NCBI RefSeq assembly: GCF_009914755.1
Contig: NC_060935.1
Length of the DNA stretch: 64,000 nt
Reading direction: 5' to 3' (one strand)
Origin: the human T2T-CHM13v2.0 reference genome, Homo sapiens
Positions 14,430 to 29,753 of this stretch are shown one piece after another (positions within the stretch are counted from its first letter, which is position 1; every line of letters begins with the position of its first letter). The translations under genes were made by a program, and so were the position numbers. The notes beneath the pieces were generated by a model. That model saw nothing but the letters and a program-made list of their open reading frames with translations, made no database searches and was not told the DNA's origin.

Positions 14430-14965
14430 CAGTTATTATTCTGGTCATTTGCTTCTATATAACAAACCACCCTAAAATTTAGTAGCTTATTTATTAAAAA
14501 TCTGTGTTGAATGGTTGAGCTGGTTTATTCTCCCTTGGAAGTTTCATGCTTTTGCACTCAGATTTGTGCTGTGGTTGGTGTTATCTGAAGATTCCACTTC
14601 GTTGGACATCCAAGATGGTTTCTTCAGTCACATGTCTTGTGCTAGGCTGAGAAGGCTACAACAATTGGAACCAAGCCAGTTGTCTCTCTCCAGTGCTGTC
14701 TGTCCTGTTAGCTAGCTTGGGCTTCTTTTCAGCATGGTGATCTCAAAGTCACTGAAATTCTTAGATGGGGTCTGGCTTTTCCTGGAGTGAGCATTCCAGA
14801 AGTCCAAGTTGGAAGCTGCAAAATTCTAGCATGGGAAGTCACACAGTATCACTTCCATAACATTCTGTTGGTAATAAAGTCACAGGGCCAGACTGATTAA
14901 AGGGGAGGTGACTACATAATCATGCTTCATTGGACATTATGTTTAGAGACTGACTATGGCTACCA
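14430..14965. mobile_element. MaLR LTR (MLT1-type)
   Basis: ataacaaaccaccctaaaatttagt...catccaagatgg...agtcacacagtatcacttcc...aaagtcacagggccag pattern typical of MLT1. Confidence 0.65.
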
Positions 14966-15164
14966 TAGGAGTGCTTGACACGTGATTTTATCTACTTGAC
15001 ACATGATTTTAATCTCAAGAGCATATGAATGTAGAATTTGGAGCTTTTTATGTTGACTCTGTCAGCTTCTGCTAAGCAAGCTGTGCCTCCTTCCTCCCAA
15101 CAGAAAGTAGAATACTCTATTATGACTCTCTATTTAATCGCTTTTGTTTTCTCTGTCTTCAAAG

Positions 15165-17125
15165 ACTACATTAAGTACATTCATATTGCTGGGTAACCAT
15201 CATCATTATCTGTCTCCAAAACTTCATCTTGCCCAACTGGAATTCTGTACCCATTAAGCACTAACTCCCCATGCTACCCTCCCCACCAGCTGGTAACCCC
15301 CATTCTACTTTCTGTCTCACTGAATTTGAATACTGTAGGTACCTCATTTAAAGTGAAATCATACAACATTTGTCCTTTTGTGAGTGGCTTATTTCACTTA
15401 GCAGAATGTTTTCAAGGTTCATTTATGTGTAGCACATGCCAGAATTTTCTTCGTTTTTAAGACTGAAAAAAATTCCATTTTATATATATGCCACATTTTG
15501 TTTATCCATTCATCCATTTATGAACAGTTGGGTTGCTTCCACCTTTTTGCTATTATGAATAATGTTACTATGAAAATGGGTATAAAAATATCTGAGTCTC
15601 TGTTTTCACTTCTTTGGGATATAGTCCTCAAAGTGAAATTCTTTTATCATATGGTAATTCTATGTTTAATTTTTTGAAGAATCAGCATACCAATTTCCAC
15701 AGCTGCTGCACCATGTTACATTTCCACCAGCAATGCATAAGAGTTCCAGTTTCTCTACATCCTTACTAACAGTTCCTATTTTTTATTTAGTTTTGTTTTT
15801 TAAATAATAGTCATCCTAATCAGTGTGGTGTGGCATTTCATTGTGGTTTTAATTTGCATTTTCTTAATGATTAATGATGTTGAGCATCTTTTCATGTGTT
15901 TATTTGTATTTGTATATCTTCTTTAGAGAAATTTCTGTTCAAGTCTTTTGCCCATATTTTAAAATCAGGTTTTTTTGATGTGGAGTTGTTGGAGTTCTTG
16001 ATATCAATCCTTATCAGATATGTGATTGGAAATATTTTCTCTCATTTCCTGTGTGGCCTTTTTACTGTGTTGATGGTGTCCTTGGATCCACAAAAGTTTT
16101 TAATTTTGATGAAGTTCAACTTATCTATTTTTGCTTTTGTTTGTGCTTTTAGTGTCATATCAAGAAATTATTGTCAAACTCAATGTCATGAAGCTTTTTC
16201 TGTATGTTCTCTTCTGAGTTTTGTTTTAGTCCCTGTATTTGGATATTTGATCCACTTTGGGGTAATTTTTATATGTGCTGTAAGGTAAGAGTCCAACTAT
16301 ATTGTTTTGCAGTATCCAGATATCCAACACCATTTTCTGTAAAGATTGTCCTTTTCTCATTAGATGGTTTTGGCATCCTTGTGGAAAATCATTGGCCATA
16401 TAGAAGAGGGTTTATTTCTGGGCTCTCTTTTCTATTCCATTAGTCTGTCTTTATGCTAGTACTACACTGCTTTGATTACCATAAATTTGTAGTAAGTTTT
16501 GAAATCAGGAAGGGTGAAACATTCCGTTTGGGGTGGTTTTTTTTTTTTTTCAGTATTATTTTGGCTATTCAGGGTTCCTTGACATTGTATATAAATGTTA
16601 AAATGGATTTTGCTATTTCTGCAAAGAAAAAAAAAGTCATTGGAATTTGAAGGGATTGAATAGAATCTGAAGGTAGCTTTGAGTAGTGTTGTCATCTTAA
16701 CAATATCTTTTTTTAATTCATGAACATGGTAGGTCTTTACATTTATTTGCATCTTTTTAAAATTCTTTCAGTGATGTTTTACAGTTTTTGGTGTAGAAGT
16801 CTTTTGCCTCCTTGGTTAAGTTTATTCCTAGGCATTTTTATGCTATTGTAAACTGAGATTGTTTATTTTCTTTCTGCATTGTTCATTGTTAAGTGTATAG
16901 AAATGCAACTGGTTTATATGTGTTGATTTTGTATCCTGCAACTTTGCTGAATTCATTTATTAGTGCTGGTTTTACGTGGAATCTTTAGGGTTTTCTAAAT
17001 ATAAGATTATGTCATCTGGACTAGAGTTAATTTCACTTTTTCCTTTCCAGTCCGGATGCCTTTTTTTTTTCTTGCCTATTTGCTGTGGCTATAACTTCTA
17101 ATATTATGTTGAATCAAATGGTAAA
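15165..17125 (-). mobile_element. L1 (L1MA/MB-type) 3' portion, antisense
   Basis: Minus ORF 16462-16752 resembles L1 ORF2 (IVKMTTLLKA...TLPDFKTYYK); L1 3'UTR-like sequence. Confidence 0.85.
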
Positions 17126-18238
17126 AGCAACTTCTTATCTTGACCTGGGGAGATTCTTGAAGGAGATTGTTTTGGGAGCTAAAAATCTTCTCCCCCACCT
17201 CTGGTGCTACATCACTACATTCTACCTATCTCCTATGTTGGACCACTTGGAGATCTGTAGTCCTCTATCGCCTGAAAGTATATATAGTTCCCTTAATCTG
17301 AGCTATTTAGAGTAGAATAATGTTCTAGCCAGGAGAGGTCTTTAGAAAGATGCTTAATAGTAACCTATGGCACTAAAAATTCTAAAAGAGTTCTTACCAA
17401 CCATCTCCTAACCCCATGCATTCTAAGGAGCTCCCTTTGGAGGTTTCTCTACCAGTGATTTGTAGGCTTGCCTTTTCTTTTTTTTTTTTTCATTTTCCAG
17501 CAAATAATTATTGAATCATACACACACACACACACAGTCTTCCAAGGACAAAATCAATTTTTGAGACAGTACAGCTTAAACTAGAGAACATAAATTCAAG
17601 TGTCTGGGGGCAATCAGAAATAAATGAAATAAGAAGTTAAGAAAAATAGGGAATGGCAGGGATTAGGGGCAGGTGTTTGTAGCTATGTGTGATTAAGAAT
17701 CCAGATTTGCCAGATCTTCCAAATTTTGAAGAGAAACTGGAAATCCACATTTTTGTGTAAATTTCCTGAATTTTTAGCACAGTTCCAACTTCAAATGACA
17801 GCCAATTTTAAACTTGTGGTCCAAAAGAAAAAGAAAAATGTACAGATTTTATTGAATACCTCATAATTTTCAAAGCTACTTCTTTCACTAATGAATTCAT
17901 TCTTCACATTACAGAAAATGGCATAGCTTCCTTAGAAAAGGCTTTTTCCACAGCACAGTTTGCGAGGTGGGAATAGGTATGCAAACCTGCCAGAAATTAG
18001 AAAGGGCTGCATTAGAGAATCTTCTCTTAGTTGCAAGAGACCTGGATACAGTTCTGAAATTACCATTTACAAAGAAATAAGTCTTTGGCAAACACCTGTT
18101 TTAAAAAATTTAAAATTTGTTGTTTTTAAATAAAATTTTGAAATATGAAAACATTGTTATATAATAAATGCGTCATTTTGAAACTATTTTCTAAACTTAC
18201 CACCTATTTCTGTTGCCTACTTTGTGTTTTAAATATAG

Positions 18239-18384
18239 AGCTTTTGAGGAGAAACGAAAAGAACAGGAAGAAAAAGAACACCAAATTAGAGAACAAATAC
18301 TTCAACAAAGAAAACAGAAGTTTGAAGAAGTTACTGAAAAATTCCAGCGTGCCCATGTTCCTCTTTCACAGCGGAGGAAAGCAG
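18239..18384 (+). CDS. CEP126: CEP126 coding exon (probable exon 3), N-terminal coiled-coil region AFEEKRKEQEEKEHQIREQILQQRKQKFEEVTEKFQRAHVPLSQRRKA
   Basis: Acceptor ...aaatatag|A, donor GCAG|gtgcct; 146 nt, phase 2 to phase 1; translation recognised as human CEP126 and joins the next exon in frame (G|TT = Val). Confidence 0.93.
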
Positions 18385-19469
18385 GTGCCTTAATTTCTAG
18401 AACAGTATGAGAACATAAAGTTTTAATCTCATTTGACTTGAGTAGACAATAAAATCGTAAATGAAGAAATGAAGTGGAAACAAACTAAAAAGACCAATAT
18501 GACTTTTGAGTAAAAGCACTTTAACCAAAGAAAAATAGTCAATTGATTTAGGTTTAATTGAGAGAATATTGTTGGCACTATTACTAAATTCTGAAACTCA
18601 CAGTTTGATTTGACTTCCAACTGGTTACAATGGTTTGTCCTTTTAAAATTCATTTGGTAAGTAGCTTAGTACAAAGAAAATTTAACATTTGGGTTCAGAA
18701 AATTAGTGTCACATTTATTCTAGTATTTTTTAATGGTTTGGTTCAAATTCATATTTGAGAGACTGGCAGAACACAAAGAAAGTCTACAGAGTAATATAAT
18801 CGAACAAGATAAAAACTTGGAACCAGTTAAGAATTTAAATATGATTATGGTTGGTTCTTTTGTATTATATCTACATTTTTATACCTTAAATAGTAAGACA
18901 ATTAACAATATGTCAAAGCTTCATAAAGAATAGTGATAAGCAGAAGCTTTATGTATTCAGCAAACATATGGTGTACTGTGTTGTACTTAGCCTTAGGCTA
19001 AGCTGAGATATAGAAAAATCTAATTGCATTCTACCATTAAAGATCTCACAACCTGTTTTGGAGATGAGAGTGGTATAAGCAATGTCAATAACATAATGAT
19101 AATTGCTATGGTAGCAGAGTGTGTAAAGTGCCATGAGAGCACAGAGGAAAGAACACTAAACCTATGTCAGGACATCAAGGACATCATTCTTGGAAAAATG
19201 ACTTAAGTCGGATCTTAACAAATGAGCATATTGCAAAGCAAACAGAAAATAAAAGGACATCCCAGGCGAAAGAACAGCTTGTACAAATAAATTATGTATT
19301 TCAGTGTATCTGAAGCATAGGATGGGGAAAAGAAGAAAAATGGATATGAAGCTAGAAAAAAAAAGAGGTAGCCAGTTCTCAAAGAGCTTTATATGCCATG
19401 CCAGGAATTTCATCTTTATGCAAAATACAGTCCACTTACAGTTTTTTTAACAAGAAAGCAAGCCATTGC

Positions 19470-19930
19470 TGTGTTAGTAATAAATATTACTGTTAATAAG
19501 GGCAGCTAGTAAAACTGCGCTAAATAACAATAGCTTAAACATGATAACAGTTTATTTTTCTCCCATATAATACGACGTCCTGTGGTAGGCAGTCAAGAGC
19601 TGGTTTGATGATTATACTGAGCTGAGAGACAGAAGGATCATCTGTCACTCGGCTCAAAAGTCTTTAGTAACACAGTTTATACCCTCACTGTCATGGTCAT
19701 ATGGTAGCTGCTAGAGCTCAACCATCATACCAGTGTTGTAGGCAGGAAGAAAGAACAGGAAAAAAGGGTGTACCTCTGAGATCTCTGCTTGGCAACTTTA
19801 TTTGCAAGGGAGTCTGAAAAATAGCTTTTTTAATGTGGGTATATTGCTACCCCTAACTATATAGGGTCTGTTACCAAGGAAAAAAGGGAAAATGCATATT
19901 AGGTGGGGAACTAGGGGTCTCTGCTATAAT
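19470..19930. mobile_element. MaLR LTR (MLT1-type) inserted in L2-like sequence
   Basis: aataacaatagcttaaac...atggtagctgctagagctcaaccatcat...gcaagggagtctgaaaaat pattern. Confidence 0.55.
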
Positions 19931-20197
19931 TAGATTTGTTAGAAAGATAATTATAGTTACAAGATGGAATATAGATTGAAGTAGAGACTTACTAAAGTAA
20001 GTAGACTAGTAGGATACTATTTAAATAATTATGGTAAGAGATGTTAAGCTCCTAAATTAAAGCAGTGCACTGAGTGTAAGAGATAAGATTCATGTTCATC
20101 CATATCCATATTCATCCTTTTTTTTTTCGAGATGGAGTCTTGCTCTTCTTCGCTACTGTGCCCAGCCAAAGATACTATATTCAAGAGATATAATCAC

Positions 20198-20840
<643 letters not shown>

Positions 20841-22004
20841 TGGTGGAAGAGAGGCTAGAAGGAGAACAGTGCCTCTATAAATTAGCAGAAAACCTTATTT
20901 TAAACATTCAATAAATAATTTTTAAATTATTTATTACTTTGATAGATGCATCCTTTATGATGTGAATATCAGCAGACTATCCTGTAGCTTTGCATTCCTC
21001 ATGTAATCACCAGTTGATTAGGGAAATGGATTGTCTTTAGAGTTCAAGTTTGAACTAACCCTTACATAATAACATCCTATTTTTGCTTAAACATTTTAAA
21101 TAAATTACAAACATTGTAATAATGGAAAAGTTTGATGACATGTTGGTGTTTTAAAGGAGAAAAGAGGAAGATAGTTTGGAAGTACCCACGAAGAGCTAAA
21201 GCCAGAAATTCACTCACCCTATTTCTAGGCCTTGAGTTATTTATAGTATGTGATATACTATAGATACCATGTATAGATAGTATAGTATATTTATAGTATA
21301 TGATGGGAGGAAAATGATGTCTCCATTTGAGAGGGTTGTAGGAGAAGACAATATTTAGAGAGAGAAGTAGGGTAAAATAGAGTATGTTGAATACCAAAGT
21401 GCACAGTGGAAGGCGTTGAGAAAGTGGATATATATAGGACATAGGGTTATATTAAAGGTTGTGCAGGGCAGTATATGGATGAGTGTCCATAATAATGTAT
21501 GACCTTGAGCAAGTTACTTGCCTTCTCTATGCCTTAGTTTCCTCAGCTGTAAAATATACCTCATAGGCCATAGTGAGGGTTAGTTTATGTGCATTAAATG
21601 CTTAAAAATAAGGTCTATAACTAAGTGCTCAGGAAATGTTAGTTGGTGTTTTTGTATGTTCCCCTTTTCTTCATAGGAACATTTATAAATTGTGTCATAA
21701 GTTTATGGCACTATGAGATCAAATATAGGGGAGTTTGCATGCCAGGAATGAAGAGCCCAGACATTTCTCAAAGTCTCTTTTTTCCTGATAAATATTCTTA
21801 AAATTGGTGATGAAAACTTTGAGGTAACACATTCTCTTTTGGGAATTGAATGTCAAAATTTAAAGTATTTACACTATTCTGAAAATATTTTATTTTTACA
21901 AAAGTTTTAAAGTAATATTTTATCATTAACCAATTAAATTATATGTAAAGTGACCACTGAAGATAAAGTGGTTCTGTACTGTTCGGTCTTTATTATCTCT
22001 TTAG

Positions 22005-22116
22005 TTTCCCGAAAACCAGTTCCTCCATTAGAAGAGGCCCTCAAACAAATTCAGGAATCCAACTTAAAATCAGAAGTAAACCTTCCCTTTTCCCGTAGAC
22101 CAACAATAAACTGGAG
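22005..22116 (+). CDS. CEP126: CEP126 coding exon (probable exon 4), VSRKPVPPLEEALKQIQESNLKSEVNLPFSRRPTINWR
   Basis: Acceptor tattatctctttag|, donor GAG|gtaagt; 112 nt, phase 1 to phase 2; open frame. Too short for the ORF track. Confidence 0.93.
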
Positions 22117-25100
22117 GTAAGTAATTTATGATCATTGTATACAATTATTACAATAATTGTATAACCATCTAGTTACTGTGCTTGTCAGCTTTTTCATCAG
22201 CTACTCCTCATCTGTGTTTTAGAGTTTATTCTTTTATTTTTACAGATTAAATTGAGGTAGAATAGAATGAAAATTGTTCCAAGAATAGGTCAGAATTCCA
22301 ATTTGTTGTCTTAAAGTCCTTGGTATTACAAAATACTATGTATGTTAAATAATTTTTGTGGAACATACCATCAAAACACTTTTTAAATATTGATATTGAT
22401 ATTTTGATTAAAATGTTTATATCTTTACTGAGAAGAGAAAATTATGTTGAATTGTAATAAATTTAGGTAAAAAGAGTAATTTTATGGTAGAAATGGGTTT
22501 TTCCTCACTGAAAATCTCTCCTGGATGTCTTGAAAAGGCTACAGAGTCTCCTGGTTCTTCTGCAGGATGGCATAAGTGAATCATCTAGAAGTAATAGGAT
22601 GGACCAATCAACCACTGGGTACCCTCGGACATCCTGTATCTTCCATTTATTTATTCCAAACATTTGTTAATGCTACTACATGTATAGAAGTAGATCAGGC
22701 ATTATAAGGGGATATGGAGAAGTATATACTATTGTAAAATATAATCCCTAGTGTATAATCTGAAAGATAAGTGAAATAGTGCTTCAGAAATATAGAATAG
22801 TGCCAAATGAGTAATTGCAATAATATATAAAATTCATTTATATAAATACGTCCACAATTCAGACAATAAATTATGTTAATATTTTACCTGTGCATAATGT
22901 TATTCCATTTTTAGAATATCTGTGGGCAACAGTTCCCTTGATTAGGACTAAGAACAAGTAAATGTATCCTCTTGATCCTAATTAGAGTTCAGGAAAGACC
23001 TCATGGGACAGAGAATTCTTCAGCAAAGCTTTGAAGAAAATAGTAGTTATTTGGAACAAGTGAGTGGATGGCATTTTAGACAGAGAGATGAGCATGTGCA
23101 AAAGCCAAGGGCAATCAAAAGCATGATATACTCTAGGAGTAAGAGTATGTGTACATCATAGAATGCAAAATACAGATGGCTTTGCCAGATACAAGATTGG
23201 AGAGATAAGTGCATCTGTATGCCAAGAAATATAAACTTTATCTTGAGAGTTTAAGAGGAGTCAATGAATAATTTTAGGCAAATTAGTGATAAGATGAAAT
23301 TGTCTTTTTAAACATATTATTCCAATCCATTGTGAACAATTGTGGATAATGGATTGAAACCTGGGGATATTTCAATAAATGTAGAAATTATATAGCCTAG
23401 AGCTCAAGAGAAAGACTTAGGCTAAAGGCATTTGAAGCCAAGGTAATGGATATGGTCAACTGTGGAGAGTATGTGTGTGATGAGCAGTGAAGAACAGCAA
23501 CATTTAAGGAAGTGGAAAAAGAAGAGAAGCTTGCAAACACAATGGCTAGAATGGCTTATATAGGACTAGGAGAGGTCAGTATCATGAAAACTAGGGAAGG
23601 ATAAATTTTCATGGGAAAAAAAATAGTTTACAGAGATCAAATGACTTCTAAAGAATCAGACACATAATGTCTGTCAGTCAGGATCCTGGCAGGGAACAGG
23701 AGGCACACTTAAAAGAGGTGACTGAGAGGTTAAGTAAGGGACTATAAAACCAACAAAGGATGGTAAAGCACCCCCAGAACTGACACAAAGTCAGTATTAC
23801 CAACACAGACCTGAACTGAAAAGAGCTATACTGTAGAAGAAGGACGCTGGACAGGTCCTGTGGTCCTAGGGAGAGGAATGTAAGCCACTGCTAAAGCAAG
23901 CCCAGCAGGGAGGAAGTCAGAGGAATAATTATCAAAAACCTCTTTCTTCTGTCACCCTCCTTTCTCCTTCTGGTACCTTCCACTGGCCAAACTCAGCCAT
24001 AAATCAAAGAGCAAGGGATCATTCAGTCTCTTGGAGCAGAGTCAAGTAGAGAAATGTGGTAATGAATCTGGAAGGGCAAAGAGAGAATATCCAACATAGA
24101 AACAATGGGTCCACTGTATTTCACAACAAAAAAAGTTACTGGCAACTTTTGTCAGACCAATTTTAGTGGAGTGGTGGGGGCAGAAAATAAATTGCAATGA
24201 GTTGAAGAGAAATGGAGAGCAAAAAGGATAACAAGTTTAGTTTGACTGTGAAAGTTAGAGAGTGATAGGACAATAGCCAGAAGAGATGTATGGCCAATAT
24301 ATGGCTTTTCCCTTAAAAAAGATCTTATGATGTTTAAATATGAATATTAAAGTGATGAGCAACAGAATCGCAGTCTAGAAAGGTAGAGTAGGATACAAAA
24401 GTACTTATTCTGTGTTAGACACTGATTAGCATGGGTTACACATGTGAATGAGATATGGTCCTCTGCCTAGCAAGGGTTTGCAATTACATTATAATACTGT
24501 TTGTTGGTCTTTACAACATAATACACATGTAATACTGTATAATGGGGGTTGTTACAGAAATACTAGCAAAGTAATAAAGAAGTACAGCATTGAAGGTAGA
24601 AGGTAGTCTTAAAGAATGAGTTAAGATTTATCAGAGAAGCATGTGTTGGGTTTTAGGCATGTGCAGTGCTACAGTGTTGTGAAAGGTATAGACCCCTGAG
24701 GAAATAGAACTTATTCAGAGTGTCGGGACTACAGGATGTGTTGCTGATGGGACAGGGGATGATCTAGAAATGTAGATTGTGATCAGATGTAAAATGTTTG
24801 TATGTCTAGCAAGTGAGTGTGAACTTTATCCTGTAACCAGTGCGGAGCCAATGGAGGTTTTTCAGCAGGGAGTGATAGCATCCTCTTTCTTATTTTAGAA
24901 AGATAAATGGTGCAAATGTTGGAGAATAGAGAGGATAGAGAGAAATTGGAGGCAAGGAGACCAGAGAGGAAATTATTGGAATAACCCAAGGGATAGATCC
25001 TTACTGCCTAAACCAGAACAGTACTATTTTGTATAGTGAAGAAAGGATGGCTCTGATAATAAAAGGTTTTTAGTAGTGAGAGGATGAGAGAGAAGAAAGA

Positions 25101-25195
25101 ATGAAGATAATGTGCTTTCACAGTGCAGAGAAGTAGCATAAAGAAATAAGAGTTTAAGGATGTTGATCAATTACAAGTATAAGAATTGAAGTATA

Positions 25196-25565
25196 GGCTG
25201 GGCATAGTGGCCCACACCTGTAATTTCAGTGCTTTGGGAGGCTGAGGAAGGAGAATCAATTAAGGCCAGGAGTTCAAGACCAACCTGGACAATAGAGCAA
25301 GACCCCATCTCTACACACACACAAAAAATGTAAAAATTAGCTGGGCATGCTGGCACACACCTGTAGCTCTAGCTACTCGAGGAGATGAGGTAGAAGGATC
25401 ACTTGAGCCCAGGAGTTGGAGCCACAGTGAGCTATGATCACACCACTGCACTCCAGCCTAGGTAACAAGAGTGAAATCCTGTCTCAAAAGAAAAAGGAGA
25501 AGGAGAAGGAAAAAGAAAAGAACAAGAAGATGAGGAAGAGGAGGAGAAAGAAGAGCAACAAGAAT
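25196..25565 (+). mobile_element. AluJ with GA-rich expanded tail
   Basis: AluJ-type gagcccaggag...gagctatgatc; tail runs into GAA/GAG low-complexity sequence. Confidence 0.88.
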
Positions 25566-27865
25566 TGGAGAATAGACAGAATAGAAGCAGAAAGAAAAGA
25601 TATTTTATTAAAAGAATAGATGAGTTTGGTATAGGACAAAGGAAATGAAAAAAAGCAAAAAAATAAAAAGCGACTGATATTTTGAGTCTTGCTGATTAAG
25701 GGAATGTGATTAACTTTTTAAAATTCCCTTTGAGCCTTCTGAATTGAGGGGATAAATATCCATGTAGAAATGTGTAAAAATAATTTAACCAAAGATGAGG
25801 TGAGAGGCCAAGGCTCTAGAAATAGATTTGAAAGTTATGATTGTATATATTGTTGCTTAATTTTCATGTGTACTTTTGTCCCCACAACCAGATTGTAATA
25901 TTCTAAAGGACAGTGTCTCAGTCTTACATATGCAGGTATTCCCTATAGTGCTTAATTCAGTACTCATGTTGGAGGTATTCAATAAATACCTTGAATGGAA
26001 AAATATCACTGACATGAGTGAACACTTCTCAAAGTGTATAAAAGTGGCCCGAAGTTAGATAGATGAGGAGGGTATTTATCTGAGACAAACACTGGGAGGA
26101 AATTTCAACCAGAAGGAATATTAGCATGTGAGAAGGCATAGAATCATAAAAGGCATGTTGTGTTAAGGGAGCTACAAGTAGCACAATTTGGCTAATGTGT
26201 ACAGTGAGAAGAGAGTTGTGGGCAGATAGGTTGGAAAAGAAGCCGTGAGTTAGATCATGAAGAGCCTCGGTAAGGAGTTTGTTTTAAAAACAATTACTGA
26301 AAGATTCGAAGCAAACACAATATTTATAGGTTGGAAATATTGCCAGAATGGAAAAGAAAAGGAGAACACTGAAAGCAGTAAAATCAGGTAAAATGGCACT
26401 TTAGTTGATGAAAACAATGACTTCTTGAAAGCTATTTAGAAGGTACAATCAATATGCTTTGGTAACTGTTTAAGACCTGGAGTGATTGGGAAGAATCAAA
26501 GATGACTCCAGAGATTAGATTTGGTCAGTGAAAAAGTGGTAAAACCATTTATCAAAATGAGGACTACGAGGTTAAGAGGGTAGATCTCATGTTAAGTGTT
26601 CTTACCTTAGTAAAAAACAAAAATGATGAATATGAGGGAAGAATAGATAGGTTTAGGGGAGGAAGTAATTGGAAGGAGAATGACATGTTTGAGTTTGAGA
26701 CACTTATGAGATATTCAAGAGCCAATTTCTTATAGTAAGAAATCTGGGCCATGAATGTAGACATGACAGTCATCAATGAATGAATAAAGTTAAAGTCATG
26801 GCAGTATCTGCCAGTGGTATTCTTAGATTCAGCTAAACAATCAAACTCCCTTAACTGTACCAGGCTGTTTGGCTTCAATTAGAGACCAGAAAACAGTGCA
26901 TGCCAACTAGGTAACATTCTTCAATAGGAGGAATCCTTATAGAAGGCCACAAGACAGTTGAGGGGCTAGTTTTTGCTATGTTTCTACCCTCTACAAGTGA
27001 CAGCTCAGCTTTAAGGCTTATAATGCTTACATTATCACAATGGGTAGGCATCTACCTATTCTGGATAAGACGCCCCATGTTCTAAACAGGAACAAATGTT
27101 TTTGTAATGGCTCCATATGAATTTCTCCCATGGAAGAGATATGTCCAGTAATAAGAATTATCATACTCGAGGAAACTCAAAACTATAGCTTTCTAGCAGA
27201 TACCTGTGGTTTCTTTGCAGTCCTCTTAGTCCAGATGTGGTTTACCAATGAAGGGCCATTTTTACCATAATCAATGTGCCTTGTAACACAGCTTAAATCC
27301 TACTAATTATCCAGAGAAATAGACTTAGAAAGTTAACTCAAAGTTGAATTGGTCCATAGAGAAGGAGAAGATTTTGTTAACCCTTTACTCACACACTAAT
27401 ATAGATAAGGTCACATAGACAGTATAAGTAAGATTACAAAGAAAGTATGGATATAGATAAGAAAAAAAGAAAGCCACATAACTCAAAAATTTTAGCATAT
27501 AAAGGACAGGCAAAGAAAGAGGAGCTCAAGAAAGAGCCTGAGAAGGAACAACCAGAGAAGTAAGAAAATAAATGGGAAATGTGATGATGCGGAAACCAAG
27601 GGAATTAAAATCAAGAAAGATAGTGGTCAAGAAATACCTATTTTTGCAATTACTAGGTAATTAGTTAACCACAAGCAAAGTAGTACATTGAAGTGATAGA
27701 GGTGGAAGCCAGATAACAGTTAGGTTAAGAGACAAGTGGAAGTTGTGGTAGTAATATAATTTACTACCACATTATATGTGTCAATATAATTTTAGAGTAC
27801 TCTATAGGAAAGCTTGTCTGAAAAGAGATGACAAACAATTAGAGGGAGTCCCGGGATTTATTTAG

Positions 27866-28306
<441 letters not shown>

Positions 28307-29753
28307 CAGATATTTTCAATTTTTAAAAACTCTTGTAGAATGAAGAAAAGCATAGGCGTTTTTCTTGTTCAACAGTGTGCAGTTGCTTGAAGTCTTAGAA
28401 GAGTTAAACTGTCAGAACAACTTTGCTTTCCCTGCAGCAAACATGTATATATGATTACAGCAAGTCTATGCTAGGATCATTAAATAACACACATCATCTT
28501 TGTTTTATAGAAATGATCTTCATTGTGCATTAGAATACCTAGTTAGTTTTCATGTTATTTTAACATACTATTTTGACTTTGACTTCATGATATCTATATC
28601 TATCTGTGTGTGTATGTTTATATATATATATATATATCACATAAATTCTATGTATTTGGAAAACAACAAGTGTATACAATGTATAGTGAGAACACTATGA
28701 TTTACTTATTAAAAAGTTAGACTTCTCTCCACAGATAACCAATAATCTTAAGTAATGTATATGAAAGTGCTTTGTAAAATTTGAAATTCTATATAAATAT
28801 GAGATATTGGAATATTAAGAATCAGGTGTTAGGTTAATGGACATATTTTTATTTATTGAAAATGTAATTAAGCTGAAACCATTGATAAACTACTATCACA
28901 TTAAAAATACATTTTCAGTGGAATGTAAACCTAAATGTGTTAAGAAATAAAGTAATGCCAAGAAATAAGGGGCTTACAAAGAAGCAGAGGTATATCAGTA
29001 AGATTATTCTAATGTGGAAAATGTTAGTGGTAGATAAAAATAAGATGTTGGCAATCTGATCATGTAAAAGAGAAAAAAAATATATGATAAAGTGCAGGGC
29101 ATTTAGTGCTTAAGCCCTAAGATAAATCAGAGAATATATTCTCATGAACATAGAAGCTGCTTCAGCAAATAGTGAGATATAAGAATATTAATAAGGGAGT
29201 AAAGTTAAAAATATAAGAAGTAATTAGTCTTCTGTCACCATCAAATCCTTATCATAAAGCTAATATGCTTGACCATTCTGGAAGGTGTAAAGTAAAAGGG
29301 GATATATTGTCTCCCATATTAAATGGTTAAACTTTAATAAAATGATACTGCTAGATATCTATCTCCAATATCCATGTATCTGTAGTGTGGCAGTTGATCC
29401 TGAACTACGTGCTACACTGAGAAATCTGGCCAGAGCTGAGCAGTTATCTATTGACCTCTATTTGCCCTTTGAACTCATGCTTTAAACCAGATTGTCCAGC
29501 CCATATTCCTGTATCTGTGTGAGTAAAAGGCTTCTGAGAAGTGAAAATACTCTAAGAGCAAGAAATAAGAAATGGCGAACCTGAATAAGCTATGTACGTT
29601 TTTCAGTACATGTGAGAGGACACTGGTTGATCAAAGGATGATCATACATGGACCCTATGGACAAGAAAATAACATGAATCAAAAGCCTAGAGGCAGCCCA
29701 ATAAACCAAAAAAAATAATCTTAATAAGGCTGTCTCTCTGCCTGCCTGTCCAA

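Noticed and set aside
25434-25619. Lys/Arg-rich ORF resembling an NLS-bearing peptide
   Set aside because: Derived from an Alu end and its GA-rich tail.
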